From contig CAMBFG010000004.1 in assembly GCA_945865925.1 (NCBI GenBank), forward strand, positions 46,659-110,658: a stretch of 64,000 bases of DNA, given 5' to 3'. Of the stretch, positions 48,059 through 56,942 are shown piece after piece (within the stretch, counting starts at the first letter, position 1; each line of letters opens with the position of its first letter). The stretch comes from Dehalococcoides mccartyi (lineage in GTDB: Bacteria; Chloroflexota; Dehalococcoidia; UBA2979). A model generated the notes under the pieces. That model saw nothing but the letters and a program-made list of their open reading frames with translations. It was not told the DNA's origin and did no database searches. A program made the translations under genes and the position numbers.

Positions 48059-49528
48059 GTGAACGCTCCAGCGCCCCAGCCGCTCGCCTTTGGCACGCTC
48101 CCCGGGCGCGCGCATATCGAAGCGCCCGCTGGCGGCGCGCGGGTGCTGCTCATCTCCACCTACGAACTCGGCCACCAGCCGCTTGGACTCGCCTCGGCTG
48201 CCGCCGCCCTGCGCGCCGCCGGCCACGACGTGCGTACCCTCGACGTTGCTGTGGAGCCGCTCGCGGCTGCCGCCATCCGCGACGTCGACCTCGTCGCGAT
48301 CTCGGTGCCGATGCACACGGCGGCCCGCATCGGCCTCCAGGTCGCCGAGGCAATCCGGCAGGCGAACATCGGCGCGCGTCTCGTCTGCTTCGGGCTATAC
48401 GCCTCACCGCTCGCCGAACACCTCGGCCACCACGCCATCGAAGTCATCGGTGGGGAGTACGAGACCGGTCTGGTCGAGGTGGCCGCGCAGGTCGCAGAGC
48501 ACCGGACCGGTGCCGTCACCGGCGCGGGCGGCGCGCCCTCGCTGCTCCGTCAGCAATACCCCGTCCCCGACCGTCGAGGGCTACCAGCTCTCGACGAGTA
48601 TGCCCGCGTACGCCGTGCCGACGGCGAGCACCTGGCGGGGTACGTGGAGGCAACGCGCGGCTGCGCACACACCTGCAAGCACTGCCCGATTACCCCGGTC
48701 TACGGTGGCGCGCTCCGCCTCGTGCAGCGGGACACTGTCTACGCTGACATCGCCCAGCAGGTCGAGGCGGGCGCGCAGCACATCACCTTCGGCGACCCGG
48801 ACTTCCTGAACGCCGTCCCGCATAGCCTCGCAATCCTGGAGGAGGCGCACCGCCGCTGGCCGGCGCTCACCTTCGACGTCACCGTGAAGGTGGAACACCT
48901 CGTGGAGCACGCCTACGTGCTCTCACGTCTGCGCTCCTTCGGCGTGATCTGGATCACGAGCGCCTTCGAGTCCTGCAACAACGCCATCCTCGAACGCCTC
49001 GACAAAGGCCACACTGTCGAGGAGATGCGACAGGCACTCCGCCTCACCAGCGCGGCGGGCCTCCCCGTGCGCCCGACGTGGGTCGCGTTCACCCCGTGGA
49101 CCACCCTCGATGACGTGATCGAGATGCTCGACTTCATCGCGGAACAACGCCTGCACCGTGCCACGCAGCCCGTCCAGTACGGCCTGCGATTGCTCCTGCC
49201 GCCTGGTTCCCCGCTGAACGACGTGCTGGCCGCTGAGGGCCGCCTGGGCCCCTTCGAAAACGCGTTGCTCACCTACACCTGGACCGCCCTCGATCCGCGT
49301 GTGGACGCCCTCCAGGCCGGGTTGGCCTCGATGGCTGAAGCCGCCGCTGAGGCCAACGAGGATGCCGCGGTGACCTTCGAGCGGGCGCGCACTGCTGCGT
49401 ACGCGGTCGCGGGTCGGCCAGGCCCTGCGGTCCGCGACGCGGGGCCAGACGTGCCCGGGCTCACTGAGTCGTGGTTCTGCTGCGCGGAGCCCACAGCGAG
49501 CCAACTGGCGGCGCTGAGCCTGGTCTAG
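48059..49528 (+). CDS. B12-binding-domain-type radical SAM protein with C-terminal FCCAEPT tail
   Basis: ORF 47519..49528. Chosen start is GTG 48059 (GAGG upstream); GTG 48143 is an alternative. N-terminal domain VLLISTYELGHQPLGLASAAAALRAAGHDV...DLVAISVPMHTA. Radical SAM cluster motif ATRGCAHTCKHCP (CX3CX2C). C-terminus ...LTESWFCCAEPTASQLAALSLV. Confidence 0.85.
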   Translation: MNAPAPQPLAFGTLPGRAHIEAPAGGARVLLISTYELGHQPLGLASAAAALRAAGHDVRTLDVAVEPLAAAAIRDVDLVAISVPMHTAARIGLQVAEAIRQANIGARLVCFGLYASPLAEHLGHHAIEVIGGEYETGLVEVAAQVAEHRTGAVTGAGGAPSLLRQQYPVPDRRGLPALDEYARVRRADGEHLAGYVEATRGCAHTCKHCPITPVYGGALRLVQRDTVYADIAQQVEAGAQHITFGDPDFLNAVPHSLAILEEAHRRWPALTFDVTVKVEHLVEHAYVLSRLRSFGVIWITSAFESCNNAILERLDKGHTVEEMRQALRLTSAAGLPVRPTWVAFTPWTTLDDVIEMLDFIAEQRLHRATQPVQYGLRLLLPPGSPLNDVLAAEGRLGPFENALLTYTWTALDPRVDALQAGLASMAEAAAEANEDAAVTFERARTAAYAVAGRPGPAVRDAGPDVPGLTESWFCCAEPTASQLAALSLV

Positions 49529-49678
49529 GCCTCGGCCAGCGGTGCCGAGCCTCCGCTTAGACCATCGCGCGACGGCGCTGTACCTCGACGGCAGCCGGCA
49601 CGGCAGCGGCCGCGAGGCGAGCGTCCGCGAACGCACCAGGGAGCCGCCCCAGCGAGACGCCACCCGTCCGCGCCCTCG

Positions 49679-49993
49679 ATGGATCGAGGGCGCGGGGATC
49701 TCCCCAATCTGAGCGACGGCGCGGCGCAGCCGCTCGAGGGCTTCTTGCCCGACGGGCTGGCCGTGGTGCTCGCGGCGAACGGTGTCACCTCGGCGGCATG
49801 GCGGGAGCCACTTCGGGAGGGCACGCCGCGACGCGGGACGTCGGGGCGCGTCAGGGTGATGGGTGCCGTCGGGGAGTTCCGTCACGCACGCGATGATAGG
49901 GAGCAGGCGCGGCCTCGGCGCGTGGGTGCGACCGAGCGATCCTCCGGTACGCTTGGAAGGCCTCTCACTCACCACGAACGGAATCTCCGGTGA
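49679..49993 (+). CDS. hypothetical protein (doubtful, Arg-rich)
   Basis: The only plus-strand ORF filling the 460-nt gap. It has high GC3 and G-rich first codon positions. Its stop overlaps the next start (GTGA). It is 17 % Arg and has no RBS. Confidence 0.3.
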   Translation: MDRGRGDLPNLSDGAAQPLEGFLPDGLAVVLAANGVTSAAWREPLREGTPRRGTSGRVRVMGAVGEFRHARDDREQARPRRVGATERSSGTLGRPLTHHERNLR

Positions 49994-50607
49994 ACGCCGA
50001 CGACGAACTCGCCTTCCTCCGCGCCTTCGAGCAGACCGCCGTGACGAAGCCGCAGATCGTTGCTGACAACGTCCTCACGGGCATCTTTCTGACGGACATC
50101 CGCTACCGCACCGCGCTCACCGCCCTGCTGCTCCAGGAGGCCGTCGAGGCGGGACGACGCCTCGCGCTGGTCTGCGCGGCGCTCGCGGGGCGCACCATCC
50201 CGCCAGCGCGTGCCCTCGCACGTCCCCTCCCCAACCTGGACGAGTGGCAGGCGTTCGCTGAGGCAGTCGGCGGATTCGAGGAGTCCGCGCAGATCCTCGA
50301 CTGGCTGCACGTGGACACGTCCGCGTTGCTGAGCGCGGAGGAGATGATCGCGTTCGGCGGGCTGTCGCGGCTCAACTCGGCGGTGCGGGTGCTACAGGAC
50401 GGTCCGCCCGAGGTCTCCACCGAGCGCGACGAAGCGGGCACCGCGATCCTGGTGCTGCGCGCCTACACACGGACGGGTGAGCGCGCCGAAGTGCGGCTGC
50501 CCCTGGTGGACGACCAGATCATCGCGCTGGGTGACATGGCCGGTGACTTCGTCGCGTGGACGCGCGACTTCCTGGGCGCGTACCTGGATGCGCGTTCGGG
50601 CCGCTAG
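49990..50607 (+). CDS. hypothetical protein (205 aa, no domain recognised)
   Basis: GTG at 49990 is the only start in the open frame. Composition is protein-like (Asp/Glu/Ala/Leu rich) and GC3 is high. No SD sequence, so it may depend on coupling to the upstream ORF. Confidence 0.7.
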   Translation: MNADDELAFLRAFEQTAVTKPQIVADNVLTGIFLTDIRYRTALTALLLQEAVEAGRRLALVCAALAGRTIPPARALARPLPNLDEWQAFAEAVGGFEESAQILDWLHVDTSALLSAEEMIAFGGLSRLNSAVRVLQDGPPEVSTERDEAGTAILVLRAYTRTGERAEVRLPLVDDQIIALGDMAGDFVAWTRDFLGAYLDARSGR

Positions 50608-51455
50608 CCTGCCAGACCCGCGAGCAGGATGCCCGCCGCCACCGACACGTTGAGCGAGGTCACCACGGTGCCCTTCGGCGGCACCGCGCACACCTCGTCG
50701 CAGGATTCGAGCACGAGGCGCCGCAGGCCGGCCTCCTCGTTCCCCAGCACGATGAGCCACGGGCGGTCGTGGGGCATATCCCCCAGCGACTTCGTCGCGT
50801 GCTCGGATGTGCCGAGCACCCAGACGCCGGCGGCCTTCGCGGCATCGAGGGCGCGGCGCAGGTTGGTCTCGATCGCGTGGGGAACGGCCTCGACACCACC
50901 GGAGGCGACGTCGTAGACCACGGCGGTCAGCGGAGCGGCGCGGTCGGTCGTCGTGATCACGCCGCGTACGCCGAAGAACGCTGCCGTGCGGAAGATGGCA
51001 CCGACGTTGTGTGGGTCCTGCACACCGTCCAGGGCGACCCAGCGGTCGCCCGCCTGCGCATTCTCGAACAGGCTCGCCAGTGGCGAAGGTTTGCGAGGGC
51101 GTACTTCCGCCTCGGCGCCGGCGCGGCCACCGGCGCGCTCGCGCTCGACGGCGCGGGCGGGAGTAGCTTCCAGGTCGTGGACACGGATCCCTCGCGCACG
51201 GGCGTGCTCGGAGACGTCACGCCACGCCTTCGAGCCGGCCTCACCGGGGAGACGGATATCGAGGACATCAGCGGGACGAGCCTCGAGCATGGCGAGGACG
51301 CTGTGCGGGTTCCGCAGCGTGAGGTTGCCTGCGGGTGCAGCAGCCTCGTCACCGCGGGCCGGTGGGCGTCCGGGCCGGTTCGGACGCGTCGAGCGGCCCG
51401 CGGGCGGCCGAGACGGGCGCGAGGGGCGGTCAGGACGATCGGAGCGGCGGTTCAC
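50604..51455 (-). CDS. TrmH/SpoU family RNA 2'-O-methyltransferase (RlmB-like) with Arg/Pro-rich N-terminal extension
   Basis: Contains DGVQDPHNVGAIFRTAAFFG, LVLGNEEAGL and SLNVSVAAGILL (SpoU motifs). Confidence 0.88.
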   Translation of the reverse strand: MNRRSDRPDRPSRPSRPPAGRSTRPNRPGRPPARGDEAAAPAGNLTLRNPHSVLAMLEARPADVLDIRLPGEAGSKAWRDVSEHARARGIRVHDLEATPARAVERERAGGRAGAEAEVRPRKPSPLASLFENAQAGDRWVALDGVQDPHNVGAIFRTAAFFGVRGVITTTDRAAPLTAVVYDVASGGVEAVPHAIETNLRRALDAAKAAGVWVLGTSEHATKSLGDMPHDRPWLIVLGNEEAGLRRLVLESCDEVCAVPPKGTVVTSLNVSVAAGILLAGLAG

Positions 51456-51563
51456 CCTCGCACGGTACGGCGCGCAGCGGACGGCGTCGCGCTGGACGAG
51501 GTCATGAGTGGTTCACACCTTCCTCAGCAGGAAATGCGACGATCACCCGGCCTGTGAGGCGTC

Positions 51564-51965
51564 ATGGAAATCTTCGGCCACCTGGAGCGCTTCCTCTCGA
51601 AGGATCTCTACCCGTACCGCGTACCGCTGACCGTTACTACCACCGCATTCCTCGTGAGCGCCACCGTCTTCACGTGGCGCCTCGGATGGGTCGCCCGCGT
51701 GGGCGCCCTCGCCAGCCGGCGACCCGCGCCCGCTGCCTTCGCCGTCCTCGCGACACTGGGTATCGTCGTGCCCGTCGCGAACTACCTCGTGGCGCCGCTG
51801 TGGACGCGGGTCGAGGTGATGGAGGCCAGCCCGCTCGATGTCGCGACGTACGCGAAAGAGCAGGAAGGGCGGCCTCGCCAGCCGGTCGAGGCGATCCCTC
51901 CACCGACTGAGGCGAAGCCCGGCGTGGCACCAACGCCCTCGACGGTCGTGGGCAGCACCTTCTAG
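51564..51965 (+). CDS. membrane-anchor plus Pro-rich linker segment, ends at in-frame TAG before a DM13 domain
   Basis: Two hydrophobic helices, then ...PPPTEAKPGVAPTPSTVVGSTF. Same frame as 51975..52298. Confidence 0.6.
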   Translation: MEIFGHLERFLSKDLYPYRVPLTVTTTAFLVSATVFTWRLGWVARVGALASRRPAPAAFAVLATLGIVVPVANYLVAPLWTRVEVMEASPLDVATYAKEQEGRPRQPVEAIPPPTEAKPGVAPTPSTVVGSTF

Positions 51966-51974
51966 CCGCGCGTC

Positions 51975-52298
51975 GTGAGCCGAGGCGAGTGGAAGGGCGC
52001 GGACTACTTCCACTTCGCGCGGGGGAGTGCCCTAGTGGTGGAGGTCGCATCCGGGCAGTTCGTGCTGCGCGTGGAGGGCATCTCCGTGCGGAACGGCCCG
52101 GACCTCTTCGTGATGCTGTCCCCCAGCGCGACGGGCTATCAGGACGGCGCACTCAAACTCGGACGGTTGAAGGCGACTGATGGCGCGTTCAACTACGACA
52201 TCCCGATGGGGACCGACATCGCGAAGTTCCAGAGTGTCGTCATCTGGTGCGAGCGGTTCACCACGCTCTTCGGCACCGCCGCGTTCACGAAGTCGTAG
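51975..52298 (+). CDS. DM13 domain protein (probably the C-terminal part of the preceding ORF)
   Basis: GEWKGADYFHFARGSALVV...FVLRVEGISVRNGPDLFVMLS...FQSVVIWCERFTTLFGTA matches the DM13 pattern. Confidence 0.75.
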   Translation: MSRGEWKGADYFHFARGSALVVEVASGQFVLRVEGISVRNGPDLFVMLSPSATGYQDGALKLGRLKATDGAFNYDIPMGTDIAKFQSVVIWCERFTTLFGTAAFTKS

Positions 52299-52359
52299 CA
52301 AGATTCACAGGAACGCCGGAGTAAACTAGGTAACTTACCTTCATCTGCAAGCAGGCCCC

Positions 52360-53633
52360 GTGCTCCGAGCCCTCCACCTCCGCACCGCGTTCCGCACGGC
52401 CCTCGTGGCCGTCGTTGCGCTTGCCCTGATCACCATCGCCACGCTGACGAACGATGTCGCCGATGCCGCGTCGGGTAGCGCTGGCGGTGCGCGTACCCAG
52501 ACCTCCGAAGCGGTAGCGACCACCTGCCTCGGCACGCCTGCCGCCGACGCGTTCATCGAGGGCTGCGGCCTCTACCTCGACGGCTCCCGTGGCTGACCTG
52601 GGATCGCCCGTCCATCGCCCTCGACGGCGCGCTGTCGCCCGCGCGCCTCGTATTCGTCGGACTGCCGAAGCAGAGCGAGGCCTCGCCTACGCAGGCCGTG
52701 TCGGTCTGGCAGCGCGACGACAGAGGCATTTGGCATGCGTGGGGGACTGGTATCGCGACCTCTACGCCACGCCTCGAACGGTTCGAGGCCGGCGGCACGT
52801 ACATGGTCGTGAGCAGCACGCCGGTCGCGTGGAGTCTGCCCCCGGTCATCGTGGTCGCACCCTCGATCTTCGCCACCGGACAGGTGCTGTCATACTACGG
52901 GTTCCCGGGCGTCCCGACGATGGGGATCCTGGGCGAGTTCGACGCCAAAAAGGTGATGCGACAGGCGACCGCCCAGGCCGCCGTGTACGACGCGCTCAAC
53001 GGCCAACAGACGGTGACGCCGGCACTGCACTTGATCACGACGGTGGCGCAGGCGGACTCCGGCTGGGATGGAACCTACCTCGGGCGGCTCGCCTTCGAGA
53101 CGGTGGAGACCTACGCGACCGTCGCGGCAGCGTGGGGCGGCCTACTGATCATCGACTTCCAGATCGGGTGGTCCGACCCGCTGACTGAGGTGCGTGCGTA
53201 CGAGCCGGTGCTGCGCGTGCCGAACGTCCACGTCGCCCTCGACCCCGAGTTCGCGACGCGGCGCAAGGGTGAGCCACCTGGCGACGCGATCGGTAGCGTA
53301 ACCGGCGACGAGGTGAACGCAGTGCAGCGCTATCTCAGCGACCTCGCCCGGACGCACGGGCTCCCGCCGAAGGCGCTCGTGATCCATCAGTTCCGTGACG
53401 ACATGATCCTGCAGCCCGAGCGGATCACACCGATGCTCGGCGTTGACCTCGTCATCGACATGAATGGGTGGGGCGGCCCCGAGGCGAAACTCGGCGGGTA
53501 CGAGCGCTACACGCTCGCCTCGTATGCACCGCTCTCGGCCATCAAGCTGTTCTACCGCTGGGACCAGCCGCTGATGACGCCTGGCACGCTGCAGCGGCTC
53601 GCGAAGCCACCGCGCCTGATCATCTACCAGTAG
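52360..53633 (+). pseudogene. secreted conserved hypothetical protein, apparent -1 frameshift at 52585-52595
   Basis: ORF 52360..52596 encodes a signal peptide (MLRALHLRTAFRTALVAVVALALITIATLTNDVADA) and stops after 78 aa. ORF 52698..53633 has no signal peptide, and its frame is open upstream to about 52580 (WLTWDRPSIALDGALSPARLVFVGL...). One extra C in TCCC (52585-88) joins them. Total length is 1274 nt (3n-1). Confidence 0.65.
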
Positions 53634-53639
53634 CCAGAC

Positions 53640-54788
53640 TCAGCCCGGTACCGCCTGCTCTTGTGCCGCCCCCGAAGCGATAAGCGCCTGGGCAACGTCC
53701 GAGGCATATCCGCACTCTTCGAGGATCGCGCGCGTGTGCTGACCCGCCAGGGGCGCAGCACCCGCGGCAGTGCTCTCCGCGTCCGAGAAGAACAGCGACG
53801 AATCGACCGCGCGCACGCGGCCATCGAGCGCGTCGTCGACCTCGGCGATCATCCCGCGCTCCGCGAAGTACGGGTGCGCAGCCGCCTCGTGCATCGTCAT
53901 CGCGAGGCCGTATGGAGCGCCGGCAGCGCCGAGACGGCTTGCGGCATCGGCGGCGTCGAGTGCGGCGACCCAGGTGCCGACGAGTTCGTTCGCGGCCGGT
54001 GGGCCTGCGGGCATCGGCGTGCCCACGTGCCCGAGCGCAGCGGCGAGGCGTGACCAGTTGTGCGCTTCACCGATGTTGATGGTGATGTGGCGTCCGTCGC
54101 GCGTGCGGTGGACAGGGTGCCGGAACGACTGCCACGCCTCGATGGGCGCGCCGTTGAGGGCAGGGCCGGCGACCTCGCTGAGCGTGTGCAGTTGCGCGTC
54201 CATCAGCGTGGTGTCGATCCATTGGCCTCGACCGGTGCGCTCGCGGTCGTAGAGAGCCGCGAGAATGCCGGAGAAGGCTGTCGAACCGGTGACGAGATCG
54301 GCGATGGTGATGCCCGGGGCGAACGGCTCCTGCGAGCGCTGTGCTTGCTGCTGCACCCAGAGCCATCCCGCCTCGGCATGCGCCGTCGCACCGTAGGCAC
54401 GTCGATGGCTGAACGAGCCGCTCTGTCCGAAGCCAGAGATCGAGGCGTAGACGACCCTCGGGTTGTCCGCTGAGACCTCGGGATAGCCGAGGCCCAGGCG
54501 GGCCATGACGCCGGGCGAGAAGTTCTCCACGACGACATCCGCCCCCGCGATCAACCGCCGTGCGACCTCGATGCCGTCCGGGTGCTTGAGATCGAGGGCG
54601 ATCGAGCGCTTGCCGAGGTTGTTCTGGACGCTGCCGTTCGCGCGCACGGGCTTCCCGCCCGCCTCGAACGGCGCGTCGACCTTCACGACGTCCGCGCCCA
54701 TGTCCGCGAGCATGCGCGTGCAGTACGGCCCCGCGACGACGCGCGTGAAGTCGACCACGCGCACACCTTCGAGGATCTTCCGTGCCAT
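53640..54788 (-). CDS. family III CoA-transferase (CaiB/BaiF)
   Basis: MARKILEGVRVVDFTRVVAGPYCTRMLADMGADVVKVDAP. Confidence 0.92.
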   Translation of the reverse strand: MARKILEGVRVVDFTRVVAGPYCTRMLADMGADVVKVDAPFEAGGKPVRANGSVQNNLGKRSIALDLKHPDGIEVARRLIAGADVVVENFSPGVMARLGLGYPEVSADNPRVVYASISGFGQSGSFSHRRAYGATAHAEAGWLWVQQQAQRSQEPFAPGITIADLVTGSTAFSGILAALYDRERTGRGQWIDTTLMDAQLHTLSEVAGPALNGAPIEAWQSFRHPVHRTRDGRHITINIGEAHNWSRLAAALGHVGTPMPAGPPAANELVGTWVAALDAADAASRLGAAGAPYGLAMTMHEAAAHPYFAERGMIAEVDDALDGRVRAVDSSLFFSDAESTAAGAAPLAGQHTRAILEECGYASDVAQALIASGAAQEQAVPG

Positions 54789-54867
54789 CACCCACCCCGA
54801 TCTGTCACACCCTCGGATACACAGACGCCGCCTCGCGGCGGCGTCTGGTCGCTGCTTGTGGCGAAGT

Positions 54868-55812
54868 CTAGCGGCGCGAGATCGCGTCCACGTCCGCCAT
54901 CTCTTCCGCGGAGAGTTTCCAGGAGGCGGCAGCGGCGTTGGCCGCGACCTGCTCCGGCTTCGTGGCGCCCGCGATCACGGAGCCGACGTACGGCTTCGAG
55001 GCGAGCCATGAGAAGGCAAGTTCGAGCAGCGTGTGCCCGTGCGCCTGCGCGTACTCCTCGAGCTTCTCCACTGCGTCGAAGTTCGAGTCGGTGAGGGAGC
55101 GCTGCGCCGCCGGGCCGGCGGAGAGACGCGTGCCCTCCGGCGGGGCCTCACCACGACGGTACTTGCCCGTGAGCAGGCCGCTGGCGAGCGGGAAGAACGG
55201 CAGGATGCCGAGGCCGAACGCCTCGGAAGCCGGGACCACCTCGCGCTCGATGGAGCGGTTGAGCAGGGAGTACTCGTTCTGCGCTGAGATGAACGCGGTC
55301 AGGTGCTCGCGCTGCGCGATGTGGTCAGCGTGGGCGATCTGCCAGCCGGCGAAGTTCGAGTTGCCCAGGTAGCGCACCTTGCCGACACGGACGAGGTCGT
55401 CCAGCGCGCGCATGGTCTCTTCCATCGGCGTCTTCGCGTCCGGCCGGTGGATCTGGTACAGGTCGAAGTAGTCGACGCCCATGCGCTTCAGCGAGGCGTC
55501 CACGGCCGACATGATGTACTTACGCGAACCACCCGAGGTGTGCGGGCCCTCGCCCATCGGGCTCGCGAACTTGGTGGCGACGATCGCCTGGTCGCGCTTA
55601 CTGCTCTTCTGCAGCGCCTTGCCCAGGAACTCCTCGGACTTGCCCTGCCCGCCGTACACGTCGGCGGTGTCGAACAGGTTGATGCCGTGGTCGAGGCAGG
55701 CGTCCACCACGTTCGCGGTCGCGCCAGCATCCATGCGCCCGCCGAAGTTGTTCGTCCCGAGTCCCACGACTGAGACCTGGAGGCCGGACCGGCCGAGGTT
55801 GCGATATTCCAT
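54868..55812 (-). CDS. aldo/keto reductase
   Basis: ORF 54868..56151, ATG at 55812 (MEYRNLGRSGLQVSVVGLGTNNFG...DTADVYG). Confidence 0.9.
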   Translation of the reverse strand: MEYRNLGRSGLQVSVVGLGTNNFGGRMDAGATANVVDACLDHGINLFDTADVYGGQGKSEEFLGKALQKSSKRDQAIVATKFASPMGEGPHTSGGSRKYIMSAVDASLKRMGVDYFDLYQIHRPDAKTPMEETMRALDDLVRVGKVRYLGNSNFAGWQIAHADHIAQREHLTAFISAQNEYSLLNRSIEREVVPASEAFGLGILPFFPLASGLLTGKYRRGEAPPEGTRLSAGPAAQRSLTDSNFDAVEKLEEYAQAHGHTLLELAFSWLASKPYVGSVIAGATKPEQVAANAAAASWKLSAEEMADVDAISRR

Positions 55813-55897
55813 CTTCATTCCCCTTTGTACGATGTGGGTTGAGCCGGGGCAGTATAAGCCTGCGCGTCGGAGCGTTTTCAGCCCGTATCCTGCGGCG

Positions 55898-56938
55898 ATG
55901 AGCACCCGCCCCCCGACACTCTTCCTCACCGATCCGACGTCCGAGGCGCACGCCGCCGAGCAGCACCCGGAACGCCCCGCCCGCCTGCGCGCCATCCTCG
56001 ACCACCTGGACGCGACCGGCCTGCGTGCCCGCATGACCGAGATCGCGCCTCGCGCGGCGACGGACGCGGAACTGCTGCGCGTCCACCCCGCGGGGCACCT
56101 CGCGCGGGTGGCGGAGACCTCAGCACGCGCGGGCTGGTTCGACGCCGACACCTACACCACGCCAGCCTCCGAGGGCGTCGCACGGCGCGCGGCCGGTGCC
56201 GTGGTGCAGGCGGTCGAGGCGGTCCTCGGTGGGACGGCGCACAACGCGTTCGTCGCGACGCGGCCGCCCGGACACCACGCCGAGGCGGAGATCGCGATGG
56301 GGTTCTGTCTCTACAACTCCGTGGCGGTGGGTGCGGCGGCGGCGCTGGCCTCCGGCGTGGAGCGGGTGGCGATCCTCGACTGGGACGTCCACCACGGCAA
56401 CGGCACGCAGGCGATCTTCGAGGCGGAGCCGCGCGTCCTTTACGCCTCGACGCACGAGTACCCGTACTACCCCGGCACCGGGCACTACTCCGAGACGGGC
56501 AGTGGCGAGGCGCGCGGCACGACGGTGAACGTCCCGCTGCCGCGTGGCGCAGGCGACGAGGCGATCACGCGCGCATTCCGCGAGGTGATCCTGCCCGCGA
56601 TGGAGGCGTTCGCGCCTGACCTCGTGCTGGTGTCTTGCGGCTGGGACGCCCACCGCCGCGACGCGCTCGCGGGCCTCGAGGTGTCGACGGACGGCTACAC
56701 CCAGGTAGCGCGCGAGGTGATCGAGGCGGCGGAGTGGCTCTGTGGCGGGCGCGTGGTCGTGGCCCTCGAGGGCGGCTACGACGAACACGCGCTGGCGTGG
56801 TGCGCGGGGTCGCTCGTGTCGCTGCTGCTGGGTGAGGAGCCCGAGGCCGATCCGGATCCGGGTTACGCCAGCACCGAGCCGGACGTGACGTTCGTCCTCG
56901 ATGCCGTGCGGAAGGCGATCGGGCTACCTGAGGAGTAG
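55898..56938 (+). CDS. histone deacetylase-family (acetoin utilisation / acetylpolyamine amidohydrolase-like) protein
   Basis: ORF 55481..56938, ATG at 55898. Contains RPPGHHAE, ILDWDVHHGNGTQ and GGY. Confidence 0.9.
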   Translation: MSTRPPTLFLTDPTSEAHAAEQHPERPARLRAILDHLDATGLRARMTEIAPRAATDAELLRVHPAGHLARVAETSARAGWFDADTYTTPASEGVARRAAGAVVQAVEAVLGGTAHNAFVATRPPGHHAEAEIAMGFCLYNSVAVGAAAALASGVERVAILDWDVHHGNGTQAIFEAEPRVLYASTHEYPYYPGTGHYSETGSGEARGTTVNVPLPRGAGDEAITRAFREVILPAMEAFAPDLVLVSCGWDAHRRDALAGLEVSTDGYTQVAREVIEAAEWLCGGRVVVALEGGYDEHALAWCAGSLVSLLLGEEPEADPDPGYASTEPDVTFVLDAVRKAIGLPEE

Positions 56939-56942
56939 CGGC

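Noticed and set aside
48923-49975. 350-aa minus-strand ORF (and 49525..49824) downstream of and overlapping the radical SAM gene
   Set aside because: It shares codon boundaries with the radical SAM frame, so it inherits GC3 bias. First codon positions are C-rich and the translation is Arg/Pro-rich.
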